Part shown: positions 38,701 through 52,702 of the stretch, one piece after another | Position numbering within the stretch: position 1 is the stretch's first letter | Layout: the number at the start of each line of letters is the position of its first letter | Source: Geosiphon pyriformis uo1 | Taxonomy: Eukaryota > Fungi > Glomeromycota | Assembly: GCA_016748015.1 (NCBI GenBank) | Contig: JAAOMT010000586.1 | Coordinates: 434,001 to 498,000 of the forward strand | Direction of reading: 5' to 3' | Length of the DNA: 64,000 nt | Position numbers and translations under genes: made by a program | The notes under the pieces: generated by a model | The model's database searches: none | What the model was told of the DNA's origin: nothing | Seen by the model: the letters and a program-made list of their open reading frames with translations, nothing else

Positions 38701-41700
38701 AAATAATGTTCAAGAGTTCTTTGAATTGTTCTATCTCTTCCCAAGTGTGCTGAAGACGGATCTGTGTGCATGTTGTATAAAATTGTTTCTTTTTCATTCT
38801 CTTGTACTAATCTGAGTGGTTGGTTTGAGTTTCTGTGATTTTTATAATAGATTTTGTTCTGGTATATGAAATATTGTTTTGATTGGTGTTGTAAGCAGTG
38901 TTTTTCACTCAGAGACCAGTTTTCTGGCATGATAAGAGTCTCCAAATAATTTTTAAGATTGCTGTAATTTCTGGAATCCATTCTTGTTTGGTTATTTTGT
39001 TGGTAGATTGGTAAGTTGTGGTGGAATTGTTGTTGGTATTAATCTTGTCTCATTCTTAAGAGGCTATCAACATTGGTATATAGTTTTTTTGGTTTGTGGT
39101 GTACAATATATCTGTAGTCTGTTAGGAAGTCATTCCATCAAGACTGTTTGGCACTTTGTTCAGTTTTCTTTTTATTGAGCCATTTGAGGCCAATGTTGTT
39201 CGTTATTATGTCAAATTCTTTTCCATTCTTCAGATATTGTTGAAAATGTTTAAGAGCCCAAATAACTGTGGCAGCTTCTAATTCAATTGAGCCATATTTG
39301 AGTTCTGTTGGCTTAAGTGTTCTGCTGGCATAGGCAATAACTTGTTCTTGCCCATTTTCATCTACTTGTGATAAAATAGTACCAAATGCTATGTGTGAAG
39401 CATCAGTGGCTAGTTGAAATCATTTGTTGAAGTCCAGGTAAGCAAAAACTGGGGCTGTTGTTAGCTTTGTTTTGAGGGTTTCAAATGCTTTTTGTTGTTC
39501 TTTAGTCTATTTGTATGGCACATTTTTATTGGTAAGATAATTGAGTGGTTTGGCAATTTCTGAGAATCTTTTGATGAATTTTTGATAATAGGAGACTAAT
39601 CCTACAAATTCTCGTAGCTCTGTGGTATTTTTTGGAGTTTGGAAGTTTTTGACAGCACTAATTGTTCCAGAGTTTGGTTTGACTCCATCTTTGCTAACAA
39701 TGTGTCCAAGAAAGATTAAGCTTGTTTTTCCAAAGTGACATTTTTCAATATTCAACTTCAATCTTGCTTTCCATAATCATTGAAAAACTTCTCACAGATG
39801 AATAAGATGGGCTTCAAAGCTTGGTGAGTACACATCAGTGTCATCAAGGTAAACAACTACTGATTGCCATAAGAGTTCTTTATATACAACATCTATGAGT
39901 CGTTGGAATGTTGCTGGTGCATTGCAGAGTTCAAAAGGCATAACATTGAACTCATAGTTTCCTTTTTAGATGGTGAATGCTGTTTTGGGTTGGTCTTTTG
40001 TGTCTATTTCGACTTGCCAGTATCTACTTTCCAAGTCTAAAGTTGAGAAGAACTTGGCTTTTCCTAGAGCATCTAGTATGTCATCAATTCTTGGAAAAGA
40101 GTAGGCATCTCCAATTGTAACATTATTCAGTTGTCTATAATCAACACAGAATCTGATTTTTCTGTTTTTCTTTTTAACTAAAACTACTGGTGAGGCCCAA
40201 GGACTTTTTGATGGTTGAATCAATCCATTATTGAGCATTCTTTGGACCTCTTCTCTAATGAATTGGTGGCTGGCAGGTGGCACTTAATAAGCTTGTTGAC
40301 GTTTTGGTGGAGCATCTTCTGTATGGATCTGATGTTGAACAATATCTGTTTTTCCCAAGTCATTGTTGTTTTTTGCAAATATATCTGCAAATTCAGCTAT
40401 CAATTGTTTCAATTGTCTTTGTTGTTAAGGTTCTAAGGGACCCATGTTGATTCGAGAAAGTTTTTTTTCCAAAAAGTGGTAGTTTTCAGTAGTGGAAATA
40501 ATATTTGGATTTGGGAGTAGAGTGTGCCTTACAATTTCGATAAAATTAGAAACAATTTTAGGGTTTTCATCTTGAAAAATATTGCTGTGTATGATTTCAA
40601 TCTCTAGTTTTTTTAATAAAACAATAGGGTAATTATTGGGATTGTAGAATATAACTTGAAATTTTCTTATTCCTTTGAGAATATAAACGTTTGGAATTGA
40701 GATTTCATGCTTCAAACAGATTTGTTCATTGGATTCAAAGATTTGTTGTGTGGTGGTGGGTTTTGAGCAAGTATAAATTTCGTGATGTTTTCCAAAAGGT
40801 AAAATGGTAATTGGCTGGGGAAGTTGAAGAATCTGGTGAGATTCATTTTGTGTATTAAAAGCTATGTTTACTAGAACTGTAAATTGTCCAATTGAACCAA
40901 AACCTTGAGTTCCTCTTTCACTTTTTCCCAATTGTTCTCTGTTGTTTACTGATTGTAATCCCGAAATGTTGATTAAGGGTAAGTAAATTGCTTGAGCAAT
41001 TTTTTCAGCATGTTCAATTTTGAATGGTTTGTCTGTCTTGTTTTGTAACATGATGGTAATGTCTCCAGTGTATCCTGCATCTATAACTCCTTCTCTAATA
41101 TTGATTTTTTTGCTTGCCAATGATGATCTGGAGGCAATTTGAACTATTGCTTCTGGTGAAATTTCAAGAGCAATTTTGAGATTGATTTTTGTCAAGGACT
41201 TTAGTTGGAGAACCAAAGTATCTTTTCCTGGGTATCTTAGGTCATATCCAGCATTAATTTCGTGTGCTTTTTCTGGTCTGATTCTTTGGCCACAGTTGTC
41301 AAAATATTTAAGTTGTAGAGATGGTTGCTTTTCAAAAAGATAGATGAGGGCAGTTGGTAGTTCTTCTACTAATTCAGATACTCCAAATTCGATTTCATTT
41401 TTGTCATTCTCATCTGGCAAAGGAATACTAAGAGCATAACATTCTAAATACCATTGGTCATCACAAGGCATAACACATTCTTCACACAATTGAATGTTCA
41501 TTTGCTCTAATTGTTGAATTTGAGCTTCTTTGGTCGGATATGTGTGACTTGCAATTTGGTGGTAGGTTTCTACTTCATATTCATAATTAAATCCAGCTAA
41601 TTCTATGGTATACTCAATATATTCAGCTTCTTTCATTTGGCAGACATCTTCTTGGGTGGCTCTATTAATCAATGCTATTGCTAGGTCAAAAATCATTTCA

Positions 41701-44700
41701 GTATTATGAGGGTAGTGGTAAAGTTTATTGAGAGCACTGTTGTATGCTGCATCAAATGGTGTTCCTCTTCTGACTTTTTCCACAATTGATAAAGCATATT
41801 GACAGGTTTGATCACATACTCCTCCTCTCATTGCTACATCAATTCAATTGCATTCTTCTGGTAGCATTTCTCCACATGTGAAGCAAGGAGTTTTGTCCCA
41901 TTTTCCACTTCTCTTTGGGGATCCAAATCGTTCTCTATGGCATGTCTTGCAGAAGTAACAAGAGCGAGTTTTGTATTCCTCTTCTGGAGAGATACAAGCT
42001 CCCATAGATGAAAGTTTCTTTTTGCAATCTTTGCATTTTAGTGGAATGTATAGTGGTTTTTTTCATGGTTCTAGTGTGGAATATCTAACTTTCTTCTATT
42101 TCCTTGATTCTTCAAAAATCTCTTGTTCTGTTTCCTTAGCCCAATTGAATGGTAATCCAAGAGCCATGTAGGTTTCAGTGAGTGGCATTTCTTTCTCTTC
42201 TACAAATTCAAATACTGGAACTTTTTTTGATCATTTGTTAAAGGTACCACAGGTTGCAGGTACTATGGTATATTGTCCTTGGTATGAGATTTTAAGTTCT
42301 TGAGTTTCCCAGTTCAGGTTTGCATTGGCCTTGAAAAACCAATCATTTCCGACTAGAGCTTGATATTGGGGTGCATCCATAACAAGAACTTTAACTGGAA
42401 TAGTGATTCCATCAATTGTAAAAGGAAGTTATTAATTTCTCTTACTGAAGTCTTCTTTATACCATTAGCTGTAACAATAACTGTTTGAGCTGGTTTGTTT
42501 ACATTTCATTTGAGTTGTTGCATCAGCTGGTAAGTGATGATATTTCCAGCTGATCTACTATTTAAGATTAAGCAAATGGGTTTTCTTTCTACTGTAGCTT
42601 CTGTGTACAAAGCAGTAATTGCTTTTTGTTCATTGACTGCTGCATTACTAAGCAGAAAAAGTGATTCATTTGCTTCAAATTCAAATGGAAATATATCTGA
42701 CAGATTGGCATTTTGGGCAATTTGAGCTGGTGGAATGATATGATTGGAAGGGTTTGATCTTGGTACTGAAACTTCATCTTCAGAAAGTGCAGTTTGTTGA
42801 AAATCCGATTTCTCTGGTATTGTAAGATAACTGGGTTGAGTGTGATAGTGATTAGGTCTTTGCTGACCAGAATTTCGGGGAACCAACTGGTTATTTGGAT
42901 TGATTCTGTTGTGGTTACTCTGCAATTGATTTTGGGGTGTGAATTGGTTATGTTGAACCAATCTTCTTGCTGGTACTTGATATTGTTGAGTGGATGGTGT
43001 CTGATATGGCTGAATTGGTAAAGGTTGCTGATATTGTTGCTGCATTGGTTGTGGAGCTGGTGGATAGTAACTGTTTTGATTTTGTAGTCTTGGTAAATAA
43101 TAGGTTGGTGGTGGAGATTGATAATATGATTGTTGTGGTGAAGAGTAACGTTGATTACTCCTGTTTTGTTGGTCTCTTTACAGTTTTCTGCAATCTCGTT
43201 TTCAGTGTCTTGGAATTCCACAATAATGACAATTTTGAGGTTAGTTGTTAGAAGGTGATCCAAAATTGTTTTGGTTGCGTCATTGTGGTGGTTAATATCT
43301 TTGTGGTTGTTGCTGCTGTTGTTGTTGGTTTGTAAAATAGCTTTCAACTTTCTTTGTGAGTTGGTCTATCTTTTCTTCAGCTGCTAAGCTGGTTTCTCCA
43401 ATTGCAAGATTTACAAGCTTGGTGTGATTTGCTTCTTCTATTGCCATTTCATAGCTCTTTACATGTCTAATAGCAGTTGCTAAGTCTGCTGGAGCATGTG
43501 GACAGACTTTCTTAATCAGTTTGTCTTTTAACCCTGCTATAAACTGATCCAGAATTTGAGCATCAAAATAGTAATCATTGGTTTCCAATTGTTAGATTCA
43601 TCTGAGAAGTTTGTTAAATCTTCTAAGATAAGTTATAACAAATTCAGATGTTTCTTGTTTGATATTGTGAAAGCAGTTTCTGAGAGTGATAGAGGTATTG
43701 TTGTTAATGAATTGTTGTAGAAAAGCATCTTTGAATGCTTGCCAGTTTTCAAATTCTAAATTTTCAAATTATTCTCCTGCTGTTCTTTAGAGAAAGTAGG
43801 GAATTGCTTTGAGCATTCTTGCTACAATCCAACCATTAGCATCTCCTGCTTTTTGAACTTTGTCAAGCCATTCTTGAAGACTGGTATCATTGTCTTCACT
43901 AGTGAATTCTGGGATTTTTGCAATGTAAGCAGTTGTCATTTCTTTTTCGTTTTCTGTAATTTCTTCTGGTTCTGATTTGGTTTCTTCACTTTCCAAGCTT
44001 TCTGAATGATTACTTTCGTTTTCCTGTAAGTAATCAATGATATTAGCACTTGTTGATATTGGTTCTTGCTGTTGAGTAGGGTTTCTAGGTGACTGAAAAT
44101 CTTCTGGTCTAGAGAAACGGTTGAGTGGTAAATTTGGTGTTTGTGGTTGAACAAGTGAAATTGGAAATGGTGTAATAGAAAGTGGTAATTTGACACTAGT
44201 TCCTTGTTCAGGTGTTTGCAAGTGTTTGGCAGGTGTTTTTTGTAGTGTTGGAGTGTTTGGAATGGTTCTTAAGTATTGTTTCAATCTTTGTTTGTCTTTG
44301 TTGCTTGTTTCTGTCTCTGATTCAAAGTCAAAAGAGTATTTAGACTGTACTGGATATTTTTTTTCACAATACTCAATAATGTTAAAATTAAGTTCTTGGA
44401 AGTAGGTAGCAAGTATTTCACTGTTCAGGTTTTCTGTTTCCAATTGTGAATAGTGCACTAAATTATTGTAGAGGTTGCTTCTAACTTCTGAAATGTTGTA
44501 GTTTCCAAAAAGATAATTGTTGATATGGTTTTTAATGTATTGGTATACTGATTTCTTGACAACTTCAATTCCATCTGGAATATTGAATCTTTGCTTGCAG
44601 TGGGTGTAAATTGACTGGTAATACTCTAGAGTTGCTGTCTCTGGTGTGGTCACTACTTTGAATTTGTTGTTGCTGTGTTATTTCTGTGGGAGAGCACCAA

Positions 44701-45674
44701 ATATTACCAGAGGTTTTTGGTTTCTTTTTTTGAATGTTGTTACTGTTTGTCTGTTGTTAATTTCACGTTTTCTGGAAGCAATTGAACTTTCAATAACTGA
44801 ATTTATCTTCAAATTATCTCCTATAATTTGAACTGCTGGACTTATGAAGGGAATGGCCAATTTCTTGCCAGTTATTTTATGTAGTTACATTGTAGTAAAC
44901 ATCAACTCTTTCTTAGGAATTGCTTATCTAGAAGCTCACTAAAAATGTGTAGTTATTTTGCTGTGAAAATCAACTCTTCTACAGAAATTTTGTCTGTAGG
45001 CTACCCTAATAATTGTAATAAGAAAAGAAAAGAAAAATAAAAGAAATGTAAAAGAAATAGAATTTTATCAAGAGAAATGTTTTCTATCCAGGCCTAGAGT
45101 CACTAACAGTTTATTGAAATTGGTAGCTAATCAATTTCAAAACGTTAGTTGGGTTTTGGGGATTTTCTAAGTGCAATAATTAAAGAATTTGGTTTTTCGA
45201 ATTTATTTGATATTTATTTTTTTTTGTGTGTATAGAAATGGTTCTAAGTGATAAATTTAAAGTAAGATACATTTTCTTGAAGAGAAAAGCTCTTCTTTTA
45301 TACAGCTTGTTGTAGTACTAGTCTATGAACTTGCACTTTTTCTCTTTGCTCAAATTTTGGCAAATTAAAGATATATTTTGATGAACTACAAGTTATTTTG
45401 CTGAACTATTGATTAATTTGGATGAACTATTCATAATTTCGGCGAATTTCTGTAAATTTCGGTGAATTTTTGAATATTATAAAGTTCAGAGTATTGTGTA
45501 ATTTGATCATCCTACTTTCTGTTATACTAATTAGATTATTTTGATTGAATTGTGATATGTGATAATTGATTAAATAATAAATGATAATTTGAAATAATAT
45601 TAATATACTAATTAATTATAAGAATTATAAGGGTAATTTCATGCTAATTAATAACTAAAATTCTACTGGTAATA
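35768..45674 (-). mobile_element. Element B2: full-length (9.9 kb) decayed copy of the B family, inverted relative to B1
   Basis: 3'LTR 35768-36762, 5'LTR 44702-45674, PBS TTTGGTGCTCTCCC. Gag with a CCHC knuckle interrupted by a stop (CHYCGIPRH*KRDC), PR, Cys-rich region, dUTPase (AGYDLRYP, GVIDAGYTGD), RT (YLDD), RH, IN 38981-37650 and ORF3. TSD ACAT/ACAT. Confidence 0.93.
44688..44701 (-). promoter_or_regulatory. Primer-binding site of B2 (TGGTGCTCTCCC); related PBS in C (34597) and A1 (56823)
   Basis: TGG lies 2 nt after the LTR end and is complementary to a tRNA 3' end ...GAGCACCA. It does not match the initiator-Met type. Confidence 0.75.
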
Positions 45675-48600
45675 ACATCAACAAAAGAATTGCCTACTTA
45701 TTAAGAACAACAACAAATACTGAATTAGCAAAGGAAACTTTTTACAACGAATTAATCCAAAACAGCAGCTTACCAACAAACTATAATTTTACATTCATTA
45801 TCACTGAGATTAATAAAAAAATTGAACATCACACACAACAGAGATATCCAATCACCTATGCAAGTAAAGGCAAAGGAAAACTACAAATACTGGCAGTAAC
45901 ACCCTAACGTATTCAACCACCCACTTGGAAAAAACACAGAATTGAATCACCTACAAATCTATCATATCATTATACTCCTGGAAGTGCCATCAATATTGCA
46001 GTAGCAGGCGTGTTTACATCAAACGCAATATTAACATTTGGACAATTTTCATTTCAAAGTAAACAAAGAAAAGAAGACCTATTAGGACCATATGGCGCGT
46101 ATTTTGAAGAATTTAAATCATGATCGCCAACACCATCAGGATTTCGATCACTGTCATCTCAACCAGATTTCGGAACTGCAAGTCTTTGGGAAGTCACAGA
46201 ATTGAAAGAAGAACAAGAAGAAAAGGAAAAAGAATCTGAGGATCAGGAATTTATTTACCAAAACCTGATCCTAGAAAATCCAAAATTTGAAACCCCAAAT
46301 GTTCAAACTCTGAAACATCTAAATCTAGAAAATCTGGAAATTGAAACTCCGAATTTTCAAATGCAGTACAATCAAAACAATCAAAACCCTAACATTAATA
46401 ATCAACAACACTTATCTCCAGTAATTGGGATCAATCCATCACCAGCTCCACCAAATGCTGAACAACAACAACAGTCACAACTGCTACCTCAACAAAACCA
46501 GCAGCAACCACAACAACAACCAATGGCTTATGCTCCAATCACCAAAATCAAGAAATTTACTGGGGAAGAAAACAACACCCAAGTATGGCTCAATGATGTG
46601 GAAAAAGCCATTGCAGTCAATGAATGGAACAATAACAGAATCCTTTAAGTGATTCCCTATTTTCTACAAGATACTGCCAACTCATGGTATCAGAGCTTAG
46701 ACATTAAACCTTAAACATTTCAGGAATTCAAAACTGCATTTTTGGGATATTTTAGTAATAATAACAGTATTAATTGCTTAACCAATACCTTCACCACAAT
46801 TAAACAAGGAGAAACTGAAGCAGTTACCACTTACTTAGGACACTTCCATAGAAATCTGCGCCAAATCTAAGCAATTGATGCCAACTATTTCACAGTGCCA
46901 CAGATCCTCAACCAATTTATCTGTGGTCTGTGCAGCAGCATTTTGCAACATGTACATCTGTTGTATCCAGGCACTTTTCAAGACACAGTTACATGCACCA
47001 GAGATTTTGAATCAGTTGAGTCAGAAGCCAACCATGCCCAAGCCATTAATCTAGTAATGAATAAATCATCTGAATTGGATTCCAAATTGAAACAATTCAG
47101 TGATTCACTTAATCAGAAATTGGAGGGATACTTAGTTGACAATTGTCCAATTTATCAGTCTCTTCAATAACATAATAATCAGGGAAATGTGAATTGTTTC
47201 CAAAATCAGTCGCATCCATCATCATCAACAAATCAGCCATGGCAACAAGAAATGTGAATTTGCCACAACTGTAGTAAACAAGGTCACCTTAGAGCCAATT
47301 GCTATGCTTATAGTAACCAATGATTGGAAAATTAATATCAAAACCCCAATCACCAGTTCCCAATTCCGAGTTACCAATCCAATCCAGCCCCATATCTACC
47401 AACTTACCTGCCAATGACACAACAGCCAATATATCAACCACCCACATATCAACTTCTAGTTTATCAACCACAGCCACCAATAATATATCAACCACCACAG
47501 CCACAAATAATTTATCAAACATCCATAGTTCAAACACCACCATCAAATCCAGCTCAAATGACATTAAGAAACCCTAGATCAAGAGTTATCCAAAACTGGA
47601 GATCGGCAATAGTTGTTTACTAACCAATCCTTAATTCATCCAACCAGCCATCAAGATCATGACAGAGGAGTTCAAGAACTGGGTATACTCAAAACCTGAG
47701 TTCCCAGAACTATTTAAGTCTTTTGGTTACCTCAGAAAACACTTCACCCAACACTTGGGAACCCAAACAGAAGCAATCATTTACCAATATTCCGTCAGCC
47801 ACTGTCACAGAAGACAAGTCTCTAGCAGCTATATTTCTTTTCAAAATCGAGGAACCAACAGAAACCCCTTTGTTCAGTGAAGCTGCACTCGAGAAAAAAC
47901 CTATTATGGTAATGTACATGGATGCCAAAATTGATAGTCAGTCTATTAAGCTGATCCTAGATAGTGGATCAGTGGGCAGTATTATCACAAGACAGCTCAT
48001 GAACCAATTAGATCGCTGAGTTGATTGAGCTGCCAGTGCAAAAATAATCACTGCTGATAAAGCCACCAAGACTCCAATTGGTGAAATAGATAACTTGCCC
48101 ATAGAAATCAATGGTATCACAGTACCAATCAAGATATTAGTCATAGAAACTACCTAATACCAAGCACTAGTAAGTAATAACTAGCTGTCCAAAATCAACG
48201 CAACACTCAATTGGAACACTTAAGAGCTCCAGCTTAGCCAGAATAGATAACACACATGTGTACCAGCCATGTGTGATTATTTCAAACTCATTACCATGCC
48301 ATCAGCTCCATTTATCGAATTCGAAGAAGAAAAAGAAAAAGAAAAACCTATCTGAGAAGTGTACCAAGTCTCTTGGGCCAATGAAGACCACAATGAGTTA
48401 CCACTGATACTTTCTTGGAACAACAAGGGAAAAAAGAAGGAAAACAAAGAACTTACCTAAAATACTAACCAAAACTGGGAAACTGATAATAACCAAGATG
48501 AACCAGCAAACTGGAAGTAAGAAGAAATTGATAAGAGAAAGGGAAAGGAGAAAGATAAAGAAACCACTCTCACCAGCAGCACGTATAGTTTATATGCTTA

Positions 48601-51600
48601 CACTTTAGCACCACCATCCAATTATCATTAACCAAAATTGGAATGCATTGATTGTGGCAAAAAATTGTCATCAATAGATGCATGCTGTGGCGATGACAAG
48701 GAATACTCCATGGCCACAAGCTTTTACTGCTGCCCATACATCATAGAGCACTTTGGACGACCAAAATGACAAGAAAAGTGGGATAACCAATTATGTCTCA
48801 CATGTGAAACTATTTTACCTGACAAAAGAATGTGGAATGACATTCCTGGGTGTGGAAGAACGTATAATGAGACATGCCAGTACACCATACTGATAAATAA
48901 TTGGGTAAGCAAAGAAACACCAATCAATGACACCTGGAAATGAGCGTTGCAATGATTGGAAGAATATTCTCACAATGAAAATAAACTATGGAGAATGGCA
49001 TATGCGAAAGCAGAAGGTGTGACCACTAGTGAATTATTAGAAATTAAAAACAACCCTTTATCTCTTCCTAAACCCGAATATGTCCAAACTTTTGATGTCT
49101 TTGGCAACATTAAAGATGACCCAGAAGAATTTCATAAACATTACCAGTGTTTGGCATCTATTAGGGAAGAACAGGAGCAGCATTTAGAGCAGTTGAACAC
49201 TCAATTATATTAACATTGCTTAATTCTCTGTGACTTTCAGTATTGTAATAAGTGTGACCTTATTTACAATCTACCACCATGCATGATCTACACAATCCCA
49301 GAAAAAGATGAACCAATAAGCAACTGCCCATCAGAATCGGAATCAGTTTTCAATCCTGATTCAAACTCCGACAATGACAACAACAAAAACACTGGTTCCA
49401 GCTCTGTTCAAAATAACAACAAAAACAACAGCAATTGGGACTCTGATTTAAACCCAGAAATATATATCACACTCCTTGATCTCACCAAGGAGCAGACCTT
49501 GAAATGGTTCAATGATAATGAAGAAGGGATCATGCCAGAACATGCACATGATACTGATACCAGATTTGATCTGAGGTATCCAGAGAAAGATGTCATCAAA
49601 TTAGAGCCACATTTGTGCATCTGTATCGATCTGAAAATAGCATTGGAAATACCAGCAACAACTATGGTTCAACTAGCTTTCAGAAGTAGTTTAGCAAAAA
49701 GAGAGATTAATATAAGAGAAGGAATAATTGACACCAGATATGTAAAAAATATAATGGCAATGCTACAAAATAACTCAGAAAAGACCTATATAATAGAACC
49801 AAATGAAAAAATAGCACAGGCGATATTCCTGTCTCTGGTTAGAGTAGTTCAGTTAGTATCAATAAAAAAAAGGGAAGAATTAGGAATAACAGCTAGAGAA
49901 ATATAGGGATTTGAATCAACAGGTAGAATAAATATACCAGTTAATATGGCAAAAGAAAAAAAGATTGACCAAGGAGAAATTATTTCAACCAGTCAAGTAA
50001 TTTCCATTCCATCATATGACCAGTACATAGTAATTATAGAGAGAAAAGTAAAAGATAAGAATCAGATTTTTGAAGCAGAAACAAGCCTTTGTGAATCAAG
50101 AGAGATTGGACTCATTAATCTCCACATACCAGCCAAAAACCACAACCATATCAAAATTTCCATTTACAACACCACAGGAGATATTATCATAATACCAGAA
50201 GAAATTATCATTGGATACATAAGCACTAAATTAGAAAATTAACCACCAAGCATTATTCCAGATTTTTCACAGCTATGCAGATATGTAGATATTATGTCAC
50301 AAACAATCTATGAATGAAATGAATGTTATTTGCTCCAACCAGAATAATTGAAACAAATAAACATATAAAATTTGGATTCACTTCAATATATACAACTCAA
50401 GATATTACTCAACAACTTCAATAACATTTTCGCTAGTGAAAACAAATTTGGCAGAACTGACATCATCCAACATCAGATCAAGACTGGAGATGCTATGCCA
50501 ATCAAACAATAAGCATACAGAGTACCACCAGCCAGCCATGAAATTATCCATCAAAAGATCAACTGAATGCTTAACAACGGACTAATTCAGCCATCTATGA
50601 GCCTATGGTTATTACCAATGGTACTTGTTCAAAAGAAGAATGGAAAGATCAGATTTTGTGTGAATTACAGAAAACTCAATGGAGTTACCCGTGGAGACAG
50701 CTATCCAACTCCACAAATTCAGAAGCTATTCAATGCTTTTGGAGGAAATAAATGGTTTTCAATACTGGATCTAGACAGTGAATACTGACAAGTAGCCATG
50801 GATCCAGCAGACAAAAAAAAAATGGCTTTTATGATGAGAGAAGGGAATTTCGAGTTTGAAGTTATGCCATTCAGCTTGATGAATGTTCCAGCCACATTTC
50901 AACGGCTAATGAAAATAGTATATACTGGATTATTGTGGAAATCAGTAGTCATTTATTTAGATAACACCAATATGTTTTCCAAAACATTCAATGATTATTT
51001 GCATTATCTACAACAAGTGTTTGAAAAACTATGATAAGCAAGGCTAAAGTTAAATGCCAATAAGTGCTTCTTTGGTAAGACAGAATTAAACTTTTTAGGG
51101 CACATAATAAGCAAAAACAGCATTAAAACAGATTCAAAAAAGATAGAGATAGTCAAGAACTTTCCAGTACTAACTAATGTAACAGAGTTGAAGTTATTCT
51201 TGAGATTTGCAGGCTATTATCAATGCTTTATTAAAAACTATTCTAAGATAGTCCAATCACTCAATCATCTCCAAACCAAAAATGTGAAATACAAATGGAC
51301 AGAAGCACAACAAGAAGCTTTTGATATTCTAAGAAGAAAGCTTATACAAGCTCCAGTACTGATTTATCCAGATCACAATAAACCATTCATTATTATTACC
51401 AATGCATCAGGCCAAGCATTGGAAGCAGTATTATCACAGAGAGGACTAGATGGAAGAAAACATCCAGTTGCATATGCCAGCCGAGGTTTAACTCCAGCTG
51501 AAAGAAATTATGGAACACCAAAACTAGAACATTTAGCAATTTATTGGGCAGCCATGAAATAGAAAGAATACTTAAGCCAGAAGTTTGAGGTGTATACAGA

Positions 51601-51732
51601 TCACAAAGGATTGACATCACTCCAAAAACAAGAATTTGGAGATGGCAGACAATCCAGATGAAAAATAGCACTCTCACCATATATTTATATCATACATTAT
51701 AAAAAGGGAAAAGACAATGGAAATGTGGATGG

Positions 51733-52702
51733 TGTTACCAGACAAAATTAAAGATATTGCTTAGCATAAAATTACTTTTATAATTCTTATCATTAATTAA
51801 CATTTCAAATTATCACTTATTATATTAGCAAAATATCCAAAATTATTATTTAATTAAAAACCCAATTTGTACATAACACAAATGTAACCTAATTGCAATG
51901 ATTAATTATGCAATATCTCGAAATATGTAACATTCAAAAAGTTTGCCAAAATTTGTAGAAATTTGCCGAAATAATTGATAGTTCACCAAAATATCTAATC
52001 GTTTGCAGAAATAACTTGTAGTTTGCCGAAATGTAGCTTTAGTTCAGCAAATTGTAGAAAAAAACAAAGTTCAAGTTCATAGAATAGTGTTATAACAAGT
52101 TGTATAAAAGAAGAGCTTCTTTCTTTGAGAAAATGTATCTTACTTTAGATTTATCACTTAGAACCATTCTTATACACACAAAAAGAAATAAATATCAAAT
52201 AATTCGAAAAACCAAATTCTTTAATTATTGCACTTGGAAAATCCTCAAAACCCAACTAATGTTTTGAAATTAATTAGCTACTAATTTCAGTAAGCTGTTA
52301 GTGACTTCAGGCCTGGATAGAAAACACTTCCCTTGATAAAAATCTTATTTCTTTTACATTTCTTTTATTTTTCTTTTCTTTTCTTATTACAATCATTAGG
52401 GTAGCCTACAGACAAGATTTCTGTAGAAGAATTGACTTTCACAGCAAAGTAACTACACATTTTTTAGTGAGCTTCCAGATGAGCAATTCCTGAAAAAGAG
52501 TTGACATTTACTACAATATAACTACATAAAGTAACTGGCAAGGAATTGGACATTCCACTATAAACCCAGCAGTTCAAATTATAAGAGATAATTTAAAGAT
52601 AAATTCAGTTACTAAAGGTTTAACCACATTCAGACAACATGAATTCACAACAAACAGGCATCAACAACATTTAAGAAAAGAGACCAAAAACCTTCAGTAA
52701 CA
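51733..52702 (+). mobile_element. Solo LTR F (B family) in element C at the end of RNase H
   Basis: TGTTACC...AGTAACA, similar to the B1/B2 LTRs, flanked by ATGG/ATGG. It splits N-V-D|G-L-S. Confidence 0.9.
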
